A stretch of DNA of 64,000 nt from Patescibacteria group bacterium (GTDB lineage: Bacteria; Patescibacteriota; Gracilibacteria; UBA1369; PNNO01): the NCBI GenBank assembly GCA_042568205.1, contig JBHPJE010000005.1:3267-67266 (forward strand). Direction: 5' to 3'. The translations under genes and the position numbers were made by a program. The notes beneath the pieces were generated by a model. That model ran no database searches and was not told the origin of the DNA. It saw nothing but the letters and a program-made list of their open reading frames with translations. How positions within the stretch are numbered: the first letter of the stretch is position 1; the number at the start of each line of letters is the position of its first letter. Positions 63,501 to 64,000 of this stretch are shown piece by piece.

Positions 63501-64000
63501 ATATACGTGTCACAAACTACATGATTTTAGGATATGCAGGACAAGGAGGAACATTCAACAACGGTGATGCTGCCGGTACAAACCCAGGAGAATTAAATGG
63601 AACAGCTAGGCTTTATATCCAAAATGGAGGAGTGGTTAACAATAATGCTGATTCCCTTATTTCTGGATATAATAGAGGAGAGTTATGTTATTACAATAAT
63701 TATCCTGCTATAGCGTTTGATAACCAAACATACAATTACAATATAGGACACACTATTGAAGGTGCTGATTCAGGTGCAACAGCGGACATTTTAGTTGTTG
63801 ATGATGATGGTACTCGTGGAACCCTTTTCTTAACAAATATTTCAGGAACATTCCAGGATGATGAAATAATCTTTGAACAAACTCCTTATTTAGGTTCTGC
63901 CCAGGCAAATGGAGTAGTAATATCCCCTGCTGCGTTCTCAGTTGGTGATACAATCACAGGTCAATATTATGGGTCAACAGCTCTCATTGATTCAATTGAT
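60581..64000 (+). CDS. Third large surface protein (>1140 aa, runs off the window; absent from the ORF track)
   Basis: ATG 1 nt after the previous stop; MKNQMTKIW...signal...C.W....C.I pattern as in 56401; start and end checked to be in the same open frame. Confidence 0.85.
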   Translation, partial: MKNQMTKIWVNREVRPPKADSRLARDKFSLAGVSLMLVSAGILLLSISTLAMFIPSAVAQDASNVQIDATVEDGCSWSASGQVFPLPEFNLDVWDDEICVIRGLGREVYEVNVHEDGVIELGGGSVGGQAGGRLIIGSQTLNEDTVFTMYGPMYFDGIVEVGNGTGHDNYATLATDAVNFNNVNISSTSLRSDGTLTVIENTTAGAHNTINFDNSQVFVGNTIGGTTGIFTHDDDSTTSSIYRSRVEGGAFNNLQGTLTSNQEIDINGSSTFNNDGILTITNGNFRLSDTSSGTNGDPGVINLTNGNFRNGDSTTNPTFNNSGDIYQPNGDWFEIQGDFTNTSTGTVTAQNIVQMANSDVVNYGAFTATTGGTTGIYALYDDDGDGNISTFENNNGATFTADNFWVVAGNYNSTTKPVFNNNVGGTITADNINLGFFDAGVTELGAPGFWGGILNNYDAITVSGSTGMEVYRGGKFNNESTGTIDIQAGPLTMGTDFDNSTPGDVTDDGMCLSSGDADNCTVTNDNTTDPGSPPPPESPFKVYQDVNMYGYSYLDNDGEMRISTDAASDNFDIHANNANISNGLVNGLNSTIHLEGGDETFDFDVAVDNDGEIIGSGPIYFNDTASLDNASGAVLTNNTGGGGSIIIDGSDAHVTNAGTVTLSNLLQILDDGYYEQSGAGSSVSGTLLYLDDVTAPVSPYFTMTDGTATFTGEVRVYEGSTINVTGATDATFTGATLYLGVVSSTNGGVFNIDQTGSASFTGAAANNVYQGTLDIKSSNTATTPLSITYDLFIDGDVSEQGVVNHYGSGTVSALRLTRVYGYGELNIDNGTWNQNNQNFYVYADVDPYEGSEDPNDPLEAHYDNDSYGKINIGSNGTLYNLNTILIGESGTRGGSITNAGTISTPASDIIYLYNGGKLDNSGTINIGISGGNLRLRVNEGFNRKSYVINRPSGSITTQYLYSDHNSHIIDNLGYIRVTNYMILGYAGQGGTFNNGDAAGTNPGELNGTARLYIQNGGVVNNNADSLISGYNRGELCYYNNYPAIAFDNQTYNYNIGHTIEGADSGATADILVVDDDGTRGTLFLTNISGTFQDDEIIFEQTPYLGSAQANGVVISPAAFSVGDTITGQYYGSTALIDSID
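60616..60698 (+). repeat. About 83-bp palindromic interspersed element, copy 2 (inside CDS, frame kept open)
   Basis: AGAAGTTCGTCCGCCTAAAGCGGACTCACGCTTAGCTCGCGATAAGTTTTCGCTCGC...; translates as EVRPPKADSRLARDKFSLAGVSLMLVS. Confidence 0.88.

Noticed and set aside
1-64000. Alternative genetic code 25 (TGA = Gly)
   Set aside because: Long Gly-rich genes are intact in code 11, and TGA ends ORFs such as 4849..5262 and 2683..2889.

Overview
AT-rich bacterial chromosome segment in genetic code 11 (spot count 20/60 G+C at 33001-33060). It is most consistent with a Patescibacteria/CPR genome, probably Peregrinibacteria-like (inference from the minor type IV pilin cluster, GWISF-repeat protein, giant surface proteins and SD-less housekeeping genes). 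Backbone genes include tRNA-Trp, sdpR/sdpI, pilins, a CHASE2 adenylate cyclase, efp, an ECF sigma, rdgB, PBP1A, pheS/pheT, HU, topA, a phosphomannomutase, nadM/nadE, smpB and an operon of three giant surface proteins, the first with a thermolysin-like protease domain. Two unusual, possibly linked features stand out. (1) Seven scattered GC-rich genes (spot count 37/60 G+C at 10021-10080) carry Shine-Dalgarno sites, unlike the backbone genes inspected. Most also have their own AT-rich sigma70 promoter, a boxA-like motif in a structured leader, a CCTCC-rich 3' UTR and a GC hairpin terminator. Three end in myxobacterial MYXO-CTERM-like signals. (2) A 179-nt tRNA/tmRNA-like RNA gene (21154->20976) has an Ala-type G3:U70 acceptor stem. 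Its anticodon arm is replaced by a structured insert carrying the 16S-type anti-SD ACCUCCUUUCU and two CAU-N4-ACCUCC anti-RBS modules. Working hypothesis (inference, untested): a parasite makes host-formatted mRNAs and handles them with a dedicated anti-SD adaptor RNA.
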